A DNA stretch of 64,000 nt from Bacteroidales bacterium (GTDB lineage Bacteria; Bacteroidota; Bacteroidia; Bacteroidales; B18-G4), in contig JAVVEM010000005.1 of assembly GCA_032250805.1 (NCBI GenBank), positions 32,659 to 96,658 of the forward strand, in the 5' to 3' direction. Both the position numbers and the translations under genes were made by a program. The notes beneath the pieces were generated by a model. It saw only the letters and a list, made by a program, of their open reading frames with translations. It was not told the DNA's origin and ran no database searches. How positions within the stretch are numbered: the first letter of the stretch is position 1; every line of letters starts with the position of its first letter. Of this stretch, positions 1 through 11,052 are shown piece after piece.

Positions 1-1
1 A

Positions 2-1594
<1,593 letters not shown>

Positions 1595-1679
1595 TCCACT
1601 TCCATAAACCTTTCCCGGGCCGGTTAACGGACAGGCGGTTAAAGGTGGGGAATTGTGCCGTTCTCTGCAATTGCACATC

Positions 1680-2190
1680 ACATCGACCATACAGAATATC
1701 GAATCAGTAGTGTCCGGGGAAAAAAGTATATTTGATACTGTTAGACTGAAAATTGTGGGGCCGCTCGGCTTCGCTCGCGATGACAACGATATCCGTTGGA
1801 AATATAATAAGGGCGCGGCGCACAATAACTAATTTCTTTGGAGCGCCGCGCCCTTATTACCCTAAGCAATAGCTTGAATTGTCATCCCGAGCGACAGTCG
1901 AGGGGCGAAAATCAATTATAAAGCTGTAACCTGATCAAAAGTTGATGATTTGCCATGCCAAGCGGGTAGTCGGGGCGTTGCCGGCAATAAAACTCCGTAG
2001 CAAGCCCTGAAATATTCCACCTGGCCAAAGCACTTCCGATAAAGGACTATACAAGTTTACCCCTAAATATACCGGACAGTAATGATACCGAATACAGAAT
2101 TTTATATTTTTTCTATTTGGAATACTAAAAATAAAAAAATCTTCAATCGTTCACCACATCGACCATACAGAATACAGAATTTTATATTTT
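1680..2190. repeat. two sets of short direct repeats bracketing a non-coding stretch
   Basis: acatcgaccatacagaata occurs at 1680-1698 and 2156-2174 (19/19). gaatacagaattttatatttt occurs at 2090-2110 and 2170-2190 (21/21). Confidence 0.75.
1771..1894. repeat. nested imperfect palindrome in the katG-downstream intergenic region
   Basis: Inner perfect 16-bp GC-rich stem: aataagggcgcggcgc (1806-1821) pairs with gcgccgcgcccttatt (1843-1858), with a 21-nt loop. Outer arms: tcgctcgcgatgacaa (1771-1786) and ttgtcatcccgagcga (1879-1894), 15/16 complementary. Confidence 0.7.
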
Positions 2191-2377
2191 CTGTTCCTGC
2201 GGGTTAATTTATTCATATCAAAAAAAAAAGGAATAAAATTTTTGATAAAGAGCACCTTTTATTATTTTTACAATAAAAATACCATGGCAAGGTGAGATTT
2301 CAAAATCTTGATCCACTGCCATTTTATTAATATTATAAGGGTATAACGACAATTTAACTTTACCTAAACTACATGCT

Positions 2378-3217
2378 ATGAAAAAAATTCTACCATTCAT
2401 CATGATCTTAACCATAAGTGTCATGATAAGCAACAATGCCCGGGCCCAACAATACTACATCACTGTGAATGCGGGCTACAACCACCAGTTCAGTACTCAG
2501 AACATATATAATGATGATCTGGACCTCTGGATGGTTAATTCCAGTTCCGGAACAAACTCCCAAACACTGGAGCCGGTTTTCGTTTCGCTGGGGCGTGGTG
2601 CAAGTTTTGGCGGTGCTTTTGGCATCATGTTCACCGATTATGTCGGCCTTGAACTTGCTGCATCCTATCTTATTGGGTTCAAATCAAAAGCTGAACAAAC
2701 ATGGAACGGGGGAGAAGGAGAACAGAAGATCAATTCCAAAATGTTCCGCTTTATTCCTTCCGTAGTTATAACTCCTGGCCTCGACAATGTTAACCCATAT
2801 GCTAAGTTTGGGATCGTTTTCGGTATGGGGTCCGTAATTAATGAATACGATGAAACTGACGATGGGGACCAATATTACTACAAAGCCAAATTAAACGGAG
2901 GCCTTGCATTTGGGCTTAATTCTGCAGTGGGTGTAATGTTCGACTTATCTGATGCAATGGGACTTTTTGCTGAACTGAATATGGTCAATATGTCGTATGC
3001 CCCTAAAAAAGGCGAATTGGTTGAAGCAACATACAATGGCGCAGACCTGCTTCCTGATATGACTACCAGGGAGAAAGAGATTGAATTCGTCAAGGAACTA
3101 ACATATACATACGAAACAAGCTCTCCTGATTCAGAACCTCAGGAAGTGCTGAAATATAAAATGCCTTCCGGCAGCTTCGGGGCACGTATCGGTTTGGTAT
3201 ACCAGTTGGGAAAGTAA
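2378..3217 (+). CDS. putative outer-membrane beta-barrel protein (porin-family-like), function unknown
   Basis: Signal peptide MKKILPFIMILTISVMISNNARAQ. Gly/aromatic-rich alternating beta-strand pattern (ASFGGAFGIMF, VGLELAASYLIGF, GGLAFGLNSAVGVMF). No enzymatic motif seen. Confidence 0.55.
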   Translation: MKKILPFIMILTISVMISNNARAQQYYITVNAGYNHQFSTQNIYNDDLDLWMVNSSSGTNSQTLEPVFVSLGRGASFGGAFGIMFTDYVGLELAASYLIGFKSKAEQTWNGGEGEQKINSKMFRFIPSVVITPGLDNVNPYAKFGIVFGMGSVINEYDETDDGDQYYYKAKLNGGLAFGLNSAVGVMFDLSDAMGLFAELNMVNMSYAPKKGELVEATYNGADLLPDMTTREKEIEFVKELTYTYETSSPDSEPQEVLKYKMPSGSFGARIGLVYQLGK

Positions 3218-3267
3218 TAGCCGGCCTGGGATAAGATTTAAATAAATTTTAAGAGGCTGTCTCGTCA

Positions 3268-4140
3268 TCATCCAACATTCACAGCAACACCTTGTTGCTC
3301 CAAAAATGCGATGATCGACTGAACATGAGCGCAAACGCCAACATTCAGGAACTGATGTTCTTCCACTTCTTCTTCGCCTTTTTTTACTTTTGGCGAAAAG
3401 CCCAGCGGAAGATGGCGCGTATGCGACTGAATACCCATCACCCTGCCGTCTACATCGAATAATGGTCCGCCGCTCTGGCCCCGCAGGCCCGGCGAAGAGG
3501 TTTCGATGAACCGGATGTCGAGGCCGGTAACTTTCGACTTGCCTGAGTTGTTGTAACGTGTCACAATACCGTCGATGGGAAACCTTGGTATGGGAAATAT
3601 AGACCGGTCGAACTGAAAAGCCCTCAGTTGTTTATTGAAAGTAGCCTTTACATTGTAAAACGGAAACCCCAGCTTACAAACGCTGCTGCCAAGCTTTAGC
3701 TTCGAGGGATCCATGAAAACAGGGTAATGTGAGCAAAAGCCGGGATCGTAATTTTCAATTTTGCCAATGGCAATGTCATTCTCCTTAAAGATCTTGAACT
3801 GCTTGATCCGGTGGCTGTCGTGCCCCCACCAGTGCGAAAGGTTGGTGATCCACTGCGGGTTGGGCTGGAGCTGCTGTTTCTTCTGCAGCCTGGCCTGAGG
3901 ACTTAAATTCGGGTGCTGGTCGACAGCCATCTGGCTTTTTTTGAATTCCTGTATCGCTTTGGCATGGGTATTAAAAATATGGATGGGCTCTATCAGGTGT
4001 GCGGCAGTGAGTATCCACCCTTCTTCATTCAGGATGATAAAACTGCCCAGCCCACTAACTATCTTGCCATTATAAAAACGATGTGAGATTATAACAGGCC
4101 TGGTATACTGACTGGCGATCTCGTATGCGACGGAAAACAT
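3268..4140 (-). CDS. trypsin-like (S1 family) serine peptidase without a signal peptide
   Basis: Catalytic triad context: LTAAHL (His), NDIAIGKI (Asp), GQSGGPLF (Ser). The N-terminus MFSVAYEIASQ has no hydrophobic leader. Confidence 0.7.
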   Translation of the reverse strand: MFSVAYEIASQYTRPVIISHRFYNGKIVSGLGSFIILNEEGWILTAAHLIEPIHIFNTHAKAIQEFKKSQMAVDQHPNLSPQARLQKKQQLQPNPQWITNLSHWWGHDSHRIKQFKIFKENDIAIGKIENYDPGFCSHYPVFMDPSKLKLGSSVCKLGFPFYNVKATFNKQLRAFQFDRSIFPIPRFPIDGIVTRYNNSGKSKVTGLDIRFIETSSPGLRGQSGGPLFDVDGRVMGIQSHTRHLPLGFSPKVKKGEEEVEEHQFLNVGVCAHVQSIIAFLEQQGVAVNVG

Positions 4141-4302
4141 AAAATTGAAATTTTAGCAGGTACATTTAAGAAATGCTAAGGTAGTGATTTAATCGTGAGG
4201 CTCAAAGTTTCTTAAGCGTTCGCAAATTCACTGAACCCATGAAGCTCTGAAACCATGCAATTTGTATTGCCGATGGCCTAAAGCCGAATGCCAGCCAACC
4301 AA

Positions 4303-5016
4303 CTAGTAATCCTGACTGATGGGATGGATCATCAATTCATCGATCACCACATGTTTCGGTGCACCGATAATATAATGGATGGCATTTGCCACATCTTCGG
4401 CTTTCAGCCATTCGGTGCCGTCGGCATCGGGGTTGGCTGCATGGAAAGGGGTGTCGACCAGGCCGGGATAAATCGTTGAAACTTTAATGCCATAATCCCT
4501 AACTTCCTTTCTCAAAGCCGCGAAGAAGGCATCCTGGGCATATTTGCTGGCACAATAGGCCGACCCGCGGGCGAAGGTGCGTTTGGAAACATCGGATGCT
4601 ACAGCAACAATATGCCCGCCGCCGCTTTTCTTCATTCCGGCAATCACTTCTTTGCTCAAAATGAATCCACTCCTTACATTTACCGACATTGTTTCGTCCC
4701 ATTCTTCCAGGCTGAGGTCTTCGGCATTGCGAAAATGCCCCAGGCCTGCATTGTTGATGAGTATATCGATGTTTCCGAAACGATTAAATATGGTATCAAG
4801 GCCCCGAATAATGTCTTCCTTCTTTAGCAGGTCGGTTTTCAGGGTAATGATATCCGTATTCACGGATGATAATTCTTCGGCAAGATTTTCCAGTGCCTCA
4901 ATATCCCTTGCCATCAATGCCAGACTGTAGCCCTCATGGGCAAGTTTTATGGCTGTGGCCCTGCCAATGCCTTTTGATGCGCCGGTGATCAGGCAAAGTT
5001 TCTCTGTGTTATTCAT
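4303..5016 (-). CDS. short-chain dehydrogenase/reductase (SDR)
   Basis: TGASKGIGRATA nucleotide-binding motif, NNAG, and the YCASKYA catalytic YxxxK. Confidence 0.9.
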   Translation of the reverse strand: MNNTEKLCLITGASKGIGRATAIKLAHEGYSLALMARDIEALENLAEELSSVNTDIITLKTDLLKKEDIIRGLDTIFNRFGNIDILINNAGLGHFRNAEDLSLEEWDETMSVNVRSGFILSKEVIAGMKKSGGGHIVAVASDVSKRTFARGSAYCASKYAQDAFFAALRKEVRDYGIKVSTIYPGLVDTPFHAANPDADGTEWLKAEDVANAIHYIIGAPKHVVIDELMIHPISQDY

Positions 5017-5054
5017 AAGCGATTTGTATAATATTTCCTATATGTTCTAAAGAT

Positions 5055-5091
5055 AAAAAACTACCCGGCTCAGATAATACCGGGCAGTTTT
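5055..5091 (-). terminator. candidate intrinsic terminator at the end of the PUL transcription unit
   Basis: Stem ctacccgg (5061-5068) / ccgggcag (5080-5087), 7/8 paired. Flanked by aaaaaa (5055-5060), which gives a U-run on the minus-strand transcript, and by tttt (5088-5091). Confidence 0.5.
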
Positions 5092-5129
5092 ACAATGCTA
5101 AAATTCAACAAGATAATGTATTTAAATAA

Positions 5130-8100
5130 TTATTCAATGATGATCAGTTTGCGGGTAAATGATTCTCCTGTTTCCAGGTTTACAGCGCGAAGCATATAAA
5201 TACCTGCCTGAAAAGACCCTGTCTGTATGCTGGCCTCTTGCCCACTAAACTGGTATTTAGCGAACATTACACCATTTAAATTACACAATTGTAATTCATA
5301 TTTTGCCTCTTTTTCAAAGAAAATATTAATATTGTCTTTCGTGGGGTTTGGGTAAAAATTGAATGCATTGCTGCCTTGTTCACCAATCCCGACAGGCATG
5401 GCATCGATGTAGTTTTCCTTCAGCAGGGTATCTGCCCCAAATTCATTTGTAACGATCAGTCTTACATCAAACAATCCTGGTGTAACATAGTGGATCCCCG
5501 AAGGATTTTCTTCCATTGATGTTTCGGGACTGCCACCTTCAAAGTACCACTCGAAACCCAACTCCTCACCAGTTGAAAGATTGGTGAAATCAACGGTTTC
5601 GCCGGCATAGAGCTGGGTGGGATTCCCTTCAAAACCAGCTGTAGGTGCCATGCCTGCGGTAATATAGTCTTCCTTCAACATAACATCACTGTTACCTCCC
5701 CCTGAAATTTCGAGGCTAACATCATATGTACCTGCAGTTTCGTAAATGATATAAGGTGGTTGTTGCCCGGTATAGGTTTCAGGATTGCCTCCTTCAAAGG
5801 TCCATTCCCAGCTATCAGGGCTTCCTGTCGAAAAATCAGTAAAAAGCACACTATCGCCTTCGGCAATAACTGTTGTATTTGCTGAAAATCCAGCCTGAAG
5901 CGCGGTAACTTCCATGATAGAAAAATACCCATCGCTGGTATCCGTTGGAAAGTCATTGCTCAATGAAGTGATAATTAGGCGATAGTCGTTGCCGGGTTCC
6001 TGATTAGGCATTACATTCCAGGTATAGGTGGAGTCGGATGCTGGTATGTTGTACACAATAAGCTGTGGGTTCTGCTGTCCTTTTATCAGCTCTATCTTAA
6101 TATCTCCTTCCCACCAGCCATGGTCCCAGGATATCTCATAGCTGGCCCCCTGGTTGATCTGTTCTCCGCCATTGGGATCCTCAACAAGAATGAAAGGAAC
6201 ATGCTTCAGATAGAAATTATCGAAATAAAACTGTGCCGGCTCCCAGTGTCCTTCGCCTCCGAGCTGCACAACAAGCTGGTCATAGTTGATGCTATCTGCA
6301 AAAGCACTGAAATCAAAGAGCAGGGTCTGCCACGCATCAAAGGTGGTGATGGTATGCACGATCTCTGTCTGTGTCATCCATGCATTGGCCCCCATCAGGC
6401 TGTTCTGGAGTTTCAGTGAGGCTGTGGGAGCAAGCGATCCTGAATAATTGTTCGACGATGGGAAATATACATCGATCTCAAACTTATTTCTTTCCGACAG
6501 GTCGAGCCTGTGGTTGAGAATGGTTTGGGCATTGGTATATTCAAAAGTACCGCTCCTGCTGTAATCAGCAACATTATTGGAGCCGCTGACAGGATCGGCA
6601 GTGGTACCCATCGTATCCATGTTTGGATCCTGAAGGATCCAATAGTCTATTGTGCTCCAGCCATCATTTTCAAAATTGTCCTGAACGTCAAGGGCAAGGA
6701 CAGGTTTCGGACCGTCATATTCAGGGCCAACAATTTCGTCGATATAAAAGGTGTTGTCGTTGAAAGAGCCGAAGTCGATGAAGATTACGATCTTGTCGTA
6801 GGTTTCAGATGGAGCACCACTGAAATCAAAATTCAGTAAGGTCCATTCACTGGTTACTTGTACGGGCATCGTTTTTTCGACAAAAACTGCAGGGTTAGCT
6901 TGGTTTTCAAGTTTGAAAAGCACGTCACATTCAATGGGTGCGTGTATTTTTAACTGAAAGTTGGAAGCCGTACTGAAATTTACCGGACCTTCAAGGGCGG
7001 CAGATATATGGGCATATTGTTCTGTGCCACGGATCCATTCCGCAACTGAGTCGGAAGTGTTGATGCCGCTTGCATAGGGATTAACGATTGTTGTTGGTAC
7101 GTTTGGCCAGCCCGTAAAAGGAACGTGCCGGGCAGTGTCGAAGTCGTTATAGGTATAAGGTGGTGTGAGGGGTAATAGCTGAAAGTCGTCAAAGTAGAAT
7201 TGTCCCACCTCAAAATGACCTTCCCCACCAAACTGAATCACTATTTTGTCGTAATCTTCTGTTGTGGCCCATCCATTGTAATCAAATGTAAGTGTTACCC
7301 ACTGGTCAAAATCATTTACCGTATGAACGATCGATGCCTGTGTGGTCCAGGCATTGCTGCCCAGCAGGCTGTTTTGCAGTTTTATGGCAACAGTATTGGT
7401 CAATGATCCTGAATAATTATTGCCGGAGGGCAAATAAACCTTTAATTCAAACACATTCCGGACTGACAAGTCCATACGGTGGTCGAGTTCAGTCTGTGCA
7501 TTGGTCCACTGCGTTACACCGGAGCGGTAGTAATCTGCTACGGTATTGGAAGGATCAACAGGATCAGTTATAGTGGTCAGTGGATTAAAGCCTGCATCCT
7601 GAAATATCCAGTTGTCGATGTTTCCCCAGCCATTGTTTTCGAAGTTATCCTGCACATCGGCAGCAAGCAGTGGTTTTACCAGGCTGCCACTATGATGAGG
7701 CCCCTGGATATCGTCGAAATAAAAAGTATTTGAATTCCAAGAAGCAAAGTCGAGAAAGAAAACAACCTTATTATATATTCCTGAAGCTTCTCCGCTGAAA
7801 TCAAAATCAAGCTGTACCCACTGGTTCGGTGTTGTGATGCTCTGCAAGCGTTCGGCAAAAGCACCTCCACCATTTTCAATTTTGAATAATACATCACAGG
7901 CGATGGGCGACCATACTTTAATGGAAAATACAGTGCCTGTGGTAAAGTCGATGGTCCCTGAGAGATCGGCCCATACATTTGAGTATTGCTGCCAGGTCCT
8001 GTCCCATTGAGCAACAGTGGCACTGGTATTTATTCCGGTTGGATCCGGATTAGGCAGGGGAAAAGGATTATTTTCCCAACCAAGAAAAGATTCATTTTGG

Positions 8101-8186
8101 TTTGCATCATAATCGTTGTAGATGTACTGGCCGTTTACAGCCATGGCAAACCAGGTCATTAACAATAGCAGGTGGATTTTTTTCAT
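5130..8186 (-). CDS. secreted multidomain glycan-binding-like protein: (A-B)x2 duplicated modules + Ig-like domain + 2 PKD domains + T9SS C-terminal sorting domain
   Basis: Signal peptide MKKIHLLLLMTWFAMAVNG. Module A appears twice (YIYNDYDANQ... / YTYNDFDTAR...) and module B twice (VQDNFENNGW... / VQDNFENDGW...). PKD-like segments: FTDFSTGSPDSWEWTFEGG and FTNLSTGEELGFEWYFEGG. C-terminus FYPNPTKDNINIFF...IYMLRAV...RKLIIIE is typical of a T9SS CTD. No catalytic motif recognised. Confidence 0.8.
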   Translation of the reverse strand: MKKIHLLLLMTWFAMAVNGQYIYNDYDANQNESFLGWENNPFPLPNPDPTGINTSATVAQWDRTWQQYSNVWADLSGTIDFTTGTVFSIKVWSPIACDVLFKIENGGGAFAERLQSITTPNQWVQLDFDFSGEASGIYNKVVFFLDFASWNSNTFYFDDIQGPHHSGSLVKPLLAADVQDNFENNGWGNIDNWIFQDAGFNPLTTITDPVDPSNTVADYYRSGVTQWTNAQTELDHRMDLSVRNVFELKVYLPSGNNYSGSLTNTVAIKLQNSLLGSNAWTTQASIVHTVNDFDQWVTLTFDYNGWATTEDYDKIVIQFGGEGHFEVGQFYFDDFQLLPLTPPYTYNDFDTARHVPFTGWPNVPTTIVNPYASGINTSDSVAEWIRGTEQYAHISAALEGPVNFSTASNFQLKIHAPIECDVLFKLENQANPAVFVEKTMPVQVTSEWTLLNFDFSGAPSETYDKIVIFIDFGSFNDNTFYIDEIVGPEYDGPKPVLALDVQDNFENDGWSTIDYWILQDPNMDTMGTTADPVSGSNNVADYSRSGTFEYTNAQTILNHRLDLSERNKFEIDVYFPSSNNYSGSLAPTASLKLQNSLMGANAWMTQTEIVHTITTFDAWQTLLFDFSAFADSINYDQLVVQLGGEGHWEPAQFYFDNFYLKHVPFILVEDPNGGEQINQGASYEISWDHGWWEGDIKIELIKGQQNPQLIVYNIPASDSTYTWNVMPNQEPGNDYRLIITSLSNDFPTDTSDGYFSIMEVTALQAGFSANTTVIAEGDSVLFTDFSTGSPDSWEWTFEGGNPETYTGQQPPYIIYETAGTYDVSLEISGGGNSDVMLKEDYITAGMAPTAGFEGNPTQLYAGETVDFTNLSTGEELGFEWYFEGGSPETSMEENPSGIHYVTPGLFDVRLIVTNEFGADTLLKENYIDAMPVGIGEQGSNAFNFYPNPTKDNINIFFEKEAKYELQLCNLNGVMFAKYQFSGQEASIQTGSFQAGIYMLRAVNLETGESFTRKLIIIE

Positions 8187-8240
8187 AATAGTAAATTTTT
8201 GAATTTTTAAAAGATTGAAGGATTTTATGAATTATATTTT

Positions 8241-11030
8241 TTATCCAAGCAATATTGTGATCTTGTTGATCTTCTTATTGCAGAGCTTTTCAAGTTCACT
8301 TTTTTCAATGACATATTTTTCGTGATCATTCACTGCAATTGCAGGTGCTTTCCCATTGATATCAATGTTTTTGAGCGAATAAGGGTACACGATTCCGGCA
8401 TCCCCGAAGGTGTATGTTACCCTGATCCTTTGACCGTAAAAATTGCATTCAATGTGTGCTTCACCATGCGCATTGAACTGCGCGGGAGTTAGTTTGGGCT
8501 GCAGGCATAGGTCGCCCCACGATCCTTTTACGCCGAACATTTGTGTTGTAAGGGTAAGGATCAGCCAGGTTGAGGAACCTGTGAGGTAGGCATAGGCTCC
8601 TTTATCTTCCGGCCCAAAATAGGAGGGCAGTCCCGGGAAAATTTGTGCCGTAGCAACATCAGTACTCAGGCTGTATACTTCTGCAATAATCTCCTGAGCA
8701 TCTTCAATAAACCCCTGATGATACAATCCATAGGCCAGCATAATGTTTTGCTGCATCCATTTGCTTCCGTGCTCTTTGTTGCCATAAACAAATCCGCTTA
8801 TCCTTCCGACTGTCATATCAATTTCCGGGAATGGTGTGCACAGCCTGTATCCTTTCCCGTCTTTCAGGTAGCGCCTGGCAGCCTTTATTGACGACCTGAC
8901 CTGGTTCTTCGTGGCCTGATCGTGCATAATGGCCATCACCTGCGTTGTAAGGTCCATCATGATCCTGTCGCCCCGGGGTCCGTCAACAGGCAAACCTTCA
9001 TTGCTGTAATGGCCGTTATAAAAGCCTTTATCCTCACCCAGTTGTATCCATTCCTGCTCCCTGATCACTTCGTTGATATGGTCGGCTTTCAGGATGAGGT
9101 CCAGGATCAGGGTCTGGACCCCTGTTTCTGTTTGTTTTGTGGCAATGCTGTGCGAAACCTTATGAAAGTATTTCTGAAGTCTTTTTTGCTTTTCGGCAGG
9201 CGAATACTGATTCCTATGGTGCCGTCCATTGGTTTCGATCAGTTCAGCCATATCCCTGTTTATGGCAATATGGGTCAGACCATTATCATATAATTTGCTT
9301 AACCACTGCGCAAGCAAACGTAGGTTTTGGGCATAGAAGGCATAAAATCCCGTCGACTCCCCTTTCTCCCTGGCCATGTCGTAGGTGTCGTTCCAGTCGG
9401 CTCCTTCCAGGAGCAGGATATTATGATCGCCAACATGATAAAAGGCCGATAACTGCTGTATGAGGAGGTGCTCAAAAATGCTGGCTTCATAAATCTTCCC
9501 CTTATGGTCTTTCTGCCAGGGTCCCTGAGTGCTGTCGTACTCAACATCCTGCTTTTTGCTCCGGTAAATAAACTGATCTTTCCAGTATGGGATCTTATGG
9601 AAGAGGATATCGAAGTCGCCGGTTTGTTCGATATAAAAATTGATCACAAATGCCGGCCAGGCGCCATGATCACACCAGCTTCGGGCTACATTATTCCTGT
9701 CGGCAATAAATGTGCCGGGCTCGGTACCGATAATTGTAGCATTTGAGCCGTCAACCCTAACCCCTTTCATGCTGTTGATGATCTCTTCCCTGGCACTATC
9801 CGGGTCAACAAGGAAAATGGCCAGCAGGTCCTGCCACAGGTCGCGCCATCCTCTTCCGCCCCGGCCATAGCCGAAATCAGGAAGATATGAATTGCCGAAT
9901 ATTTGCCGGCATTTTAACTGGTAGCTTACCCATTTCACCCAATTGTCGAATGAGCTGTTGCCGCTTTCAATTGTTATGGCCGAAGAAAATTCCTGCCACC
10001 AGGCAAGGGTATGTTTGAGATTGTGATTGAATAATGCAGCACTGCCAAATTTTTCTTTCCATAGCCTGACATCATTTTCTTCTTCACTGATCCCGTGAAT
10101 AATAATATATTCTGCACTTTCGCCGGGCTTAAGTGTTTTGTTGCGGTAACGCATTGCTCCAATAGCCTCACGGCCATCGGCCTCGCCCTGGGCATATACC
10201 GGGGCAGGTAAATTATCATACACTGCTTTTGGATTGTCGAGGCTTCCTCCCTGTCCGATAAAATCGCGCATCAATGGCCATATTGCTACAGGTCGTTCAC
10301 CTTTGCTTCCAAAGCCCAGCACAACATAATTCATCTTGTTTACTGAATGGCCCTTTTCGTCGTGAACGATCGTTGGCTTTACACGAACGCCATGCTCCTC
10401 AACGTAGATCTTCTGAAACATTGTAGTTACCTGCCGGTGATCCCGGAAATTGTCGGCATGCCGTCCAAAAATTGGTATGGCTGAAGTTGGTGTAAATTGC
10501 ACAGCTTCATCGGATACATTTTTGATCCTCACTTCCATCAGCTCGACAAAATCGTTCGTTTGCGGCACAAATACGGTGGTTTCACATTCAAGGCCTGATG
10601 CTGAATTGTTTCTTCTGACGATAAATGCACCGATATGTCCTTCAGCCTCTGATTTGTCGGCTTTTCCTGTCCATTTCGCAGATTTTTGAAAGCTGCTGTT
10701 ACCTGTTACCGACCAGGGTTCATGTCCTTCAACCCTGATCCAGAAATTCCGGCCCGACACATTTCTGTGCAGCTCTTCGGTTACGGTTGCTGCTGTCAGG
10801 TAGTGCTGAAACGATGATGCAATATCGCCCTTAAGTTCGGGCGTTATCGAACACTTCATCCCATAATTATTCATCAATGGAAAATACAGTCCGGAAATAT
10901 ATTCTGCATAAGGCATCAGAAAGGATCCATCCTTCTGCGACAGGAATGACCATGTGGTTTTTTCACCTGATGCCGGAATGCTCCTTGCTTTATTTTTTTT
11001 GTCGGATTGATTTTTCATGGCAGGATTCAA
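8241..11030 (-). CDS. cytoplasmic GH94-like glycoside phosphorylase (candidate beta-glucan/oligoglucan phosphorylase; the GH94, GH149 or GH161 assignment is unresolved)
   Basis: 929 aa, no signal peptide. RGWRDLWQD and EGADWNDTYD resemble the RD..QD and DWND (catalytic Asp) segments of GH94-type phosphorylases. It lies in a beta-glucan PUL next to an MFS importer. Confidence 0.65.
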   Translation of the reverse strand: MNPAMKNQSDKKNKARSIPASGEKTTWSFLSQKDGSFLMPYAEYISGLYFPLMNNYGMKCSITPELKGDIASSFQHYLTAATVTEELHRNVSGRNFWIRVEGHEPWSVTGNSSFQKSAKWTGKADKSEAEGHIGAFIVRRNNSASGLECETTVFVPQTNDFVELMEVRIKNVSDEAVQFTPTSAIPIFGRHADNFRDHRQVTTMFQKIYVEEHGVRVKPTIVHDEKGHSVNKMNYVVLGFGSKGERPVAIWPLMRDFIGQGGSLDNPKAVYDNLPAPVYAQGEADGREAIGAMRYRNKTLKPGESAEYIIIHGISEEENDVRLWKEKFGSAALFNHNLKHTLAWWQEFSSAITIESGNSSFDNWVKWVSYQLKCRQIFGNSYLPDFGYGRGGRGWRDLWQDLLAIFLVDPDSAREEIINSMKGVRVDGSNATIIGTEPGTFIADRNNVARSWCDHGAWPAFVINFYIEQTGDFDILFHKIPYWKDQFIYRSKKQDVEYDSTQGPWQKDHKGKIYEASIFEHLLIQQLSAFYHVGDHNILLLEGADWNDTYDMAREKGESTGFYAFYAQNLRLLAQWLSKLYDNGLTHIAINRDMAELIETNGRHHRNQYSPAEKQKRLQKYFHKVSHSIATKQTETGVQTLILDLILKADHINEVIREQEWIQLGEDKGFYNGHYSNEGLPVDGPRGDRIMMDLTTQVMAIMHDQATKNQVRSSIKAARRYLKDGKGYRLCTPFPEIDMTVGRISGFVYGNKEHGSKWMQQNIMLAYGLYHQGFIEDAQEIIAEVYSLSTDVATAQIFPGLPSYFGPEDKGAYAYLTGSSTWLILTLTTQMFGVKGSWGDLCLQPKLTPAQFNAHGEAHIECNFYGQRIRVTYTFGDAGIVYPYSLKNIDINGKAPAIAVNDHEKYVIEKSELEKLCNKKINKITILLG

Positions 11031-11052
11031 ATGTGTTTTCGGATATGCGATC

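Noticed and set aside
2216-2247. 9-bp inverted repeat tatcaaaaa / tttttgata upstream of the beta-barrel gene
   Set aside because: It is composed almost entirely of A/T homopolymer runs, so its information content is low.
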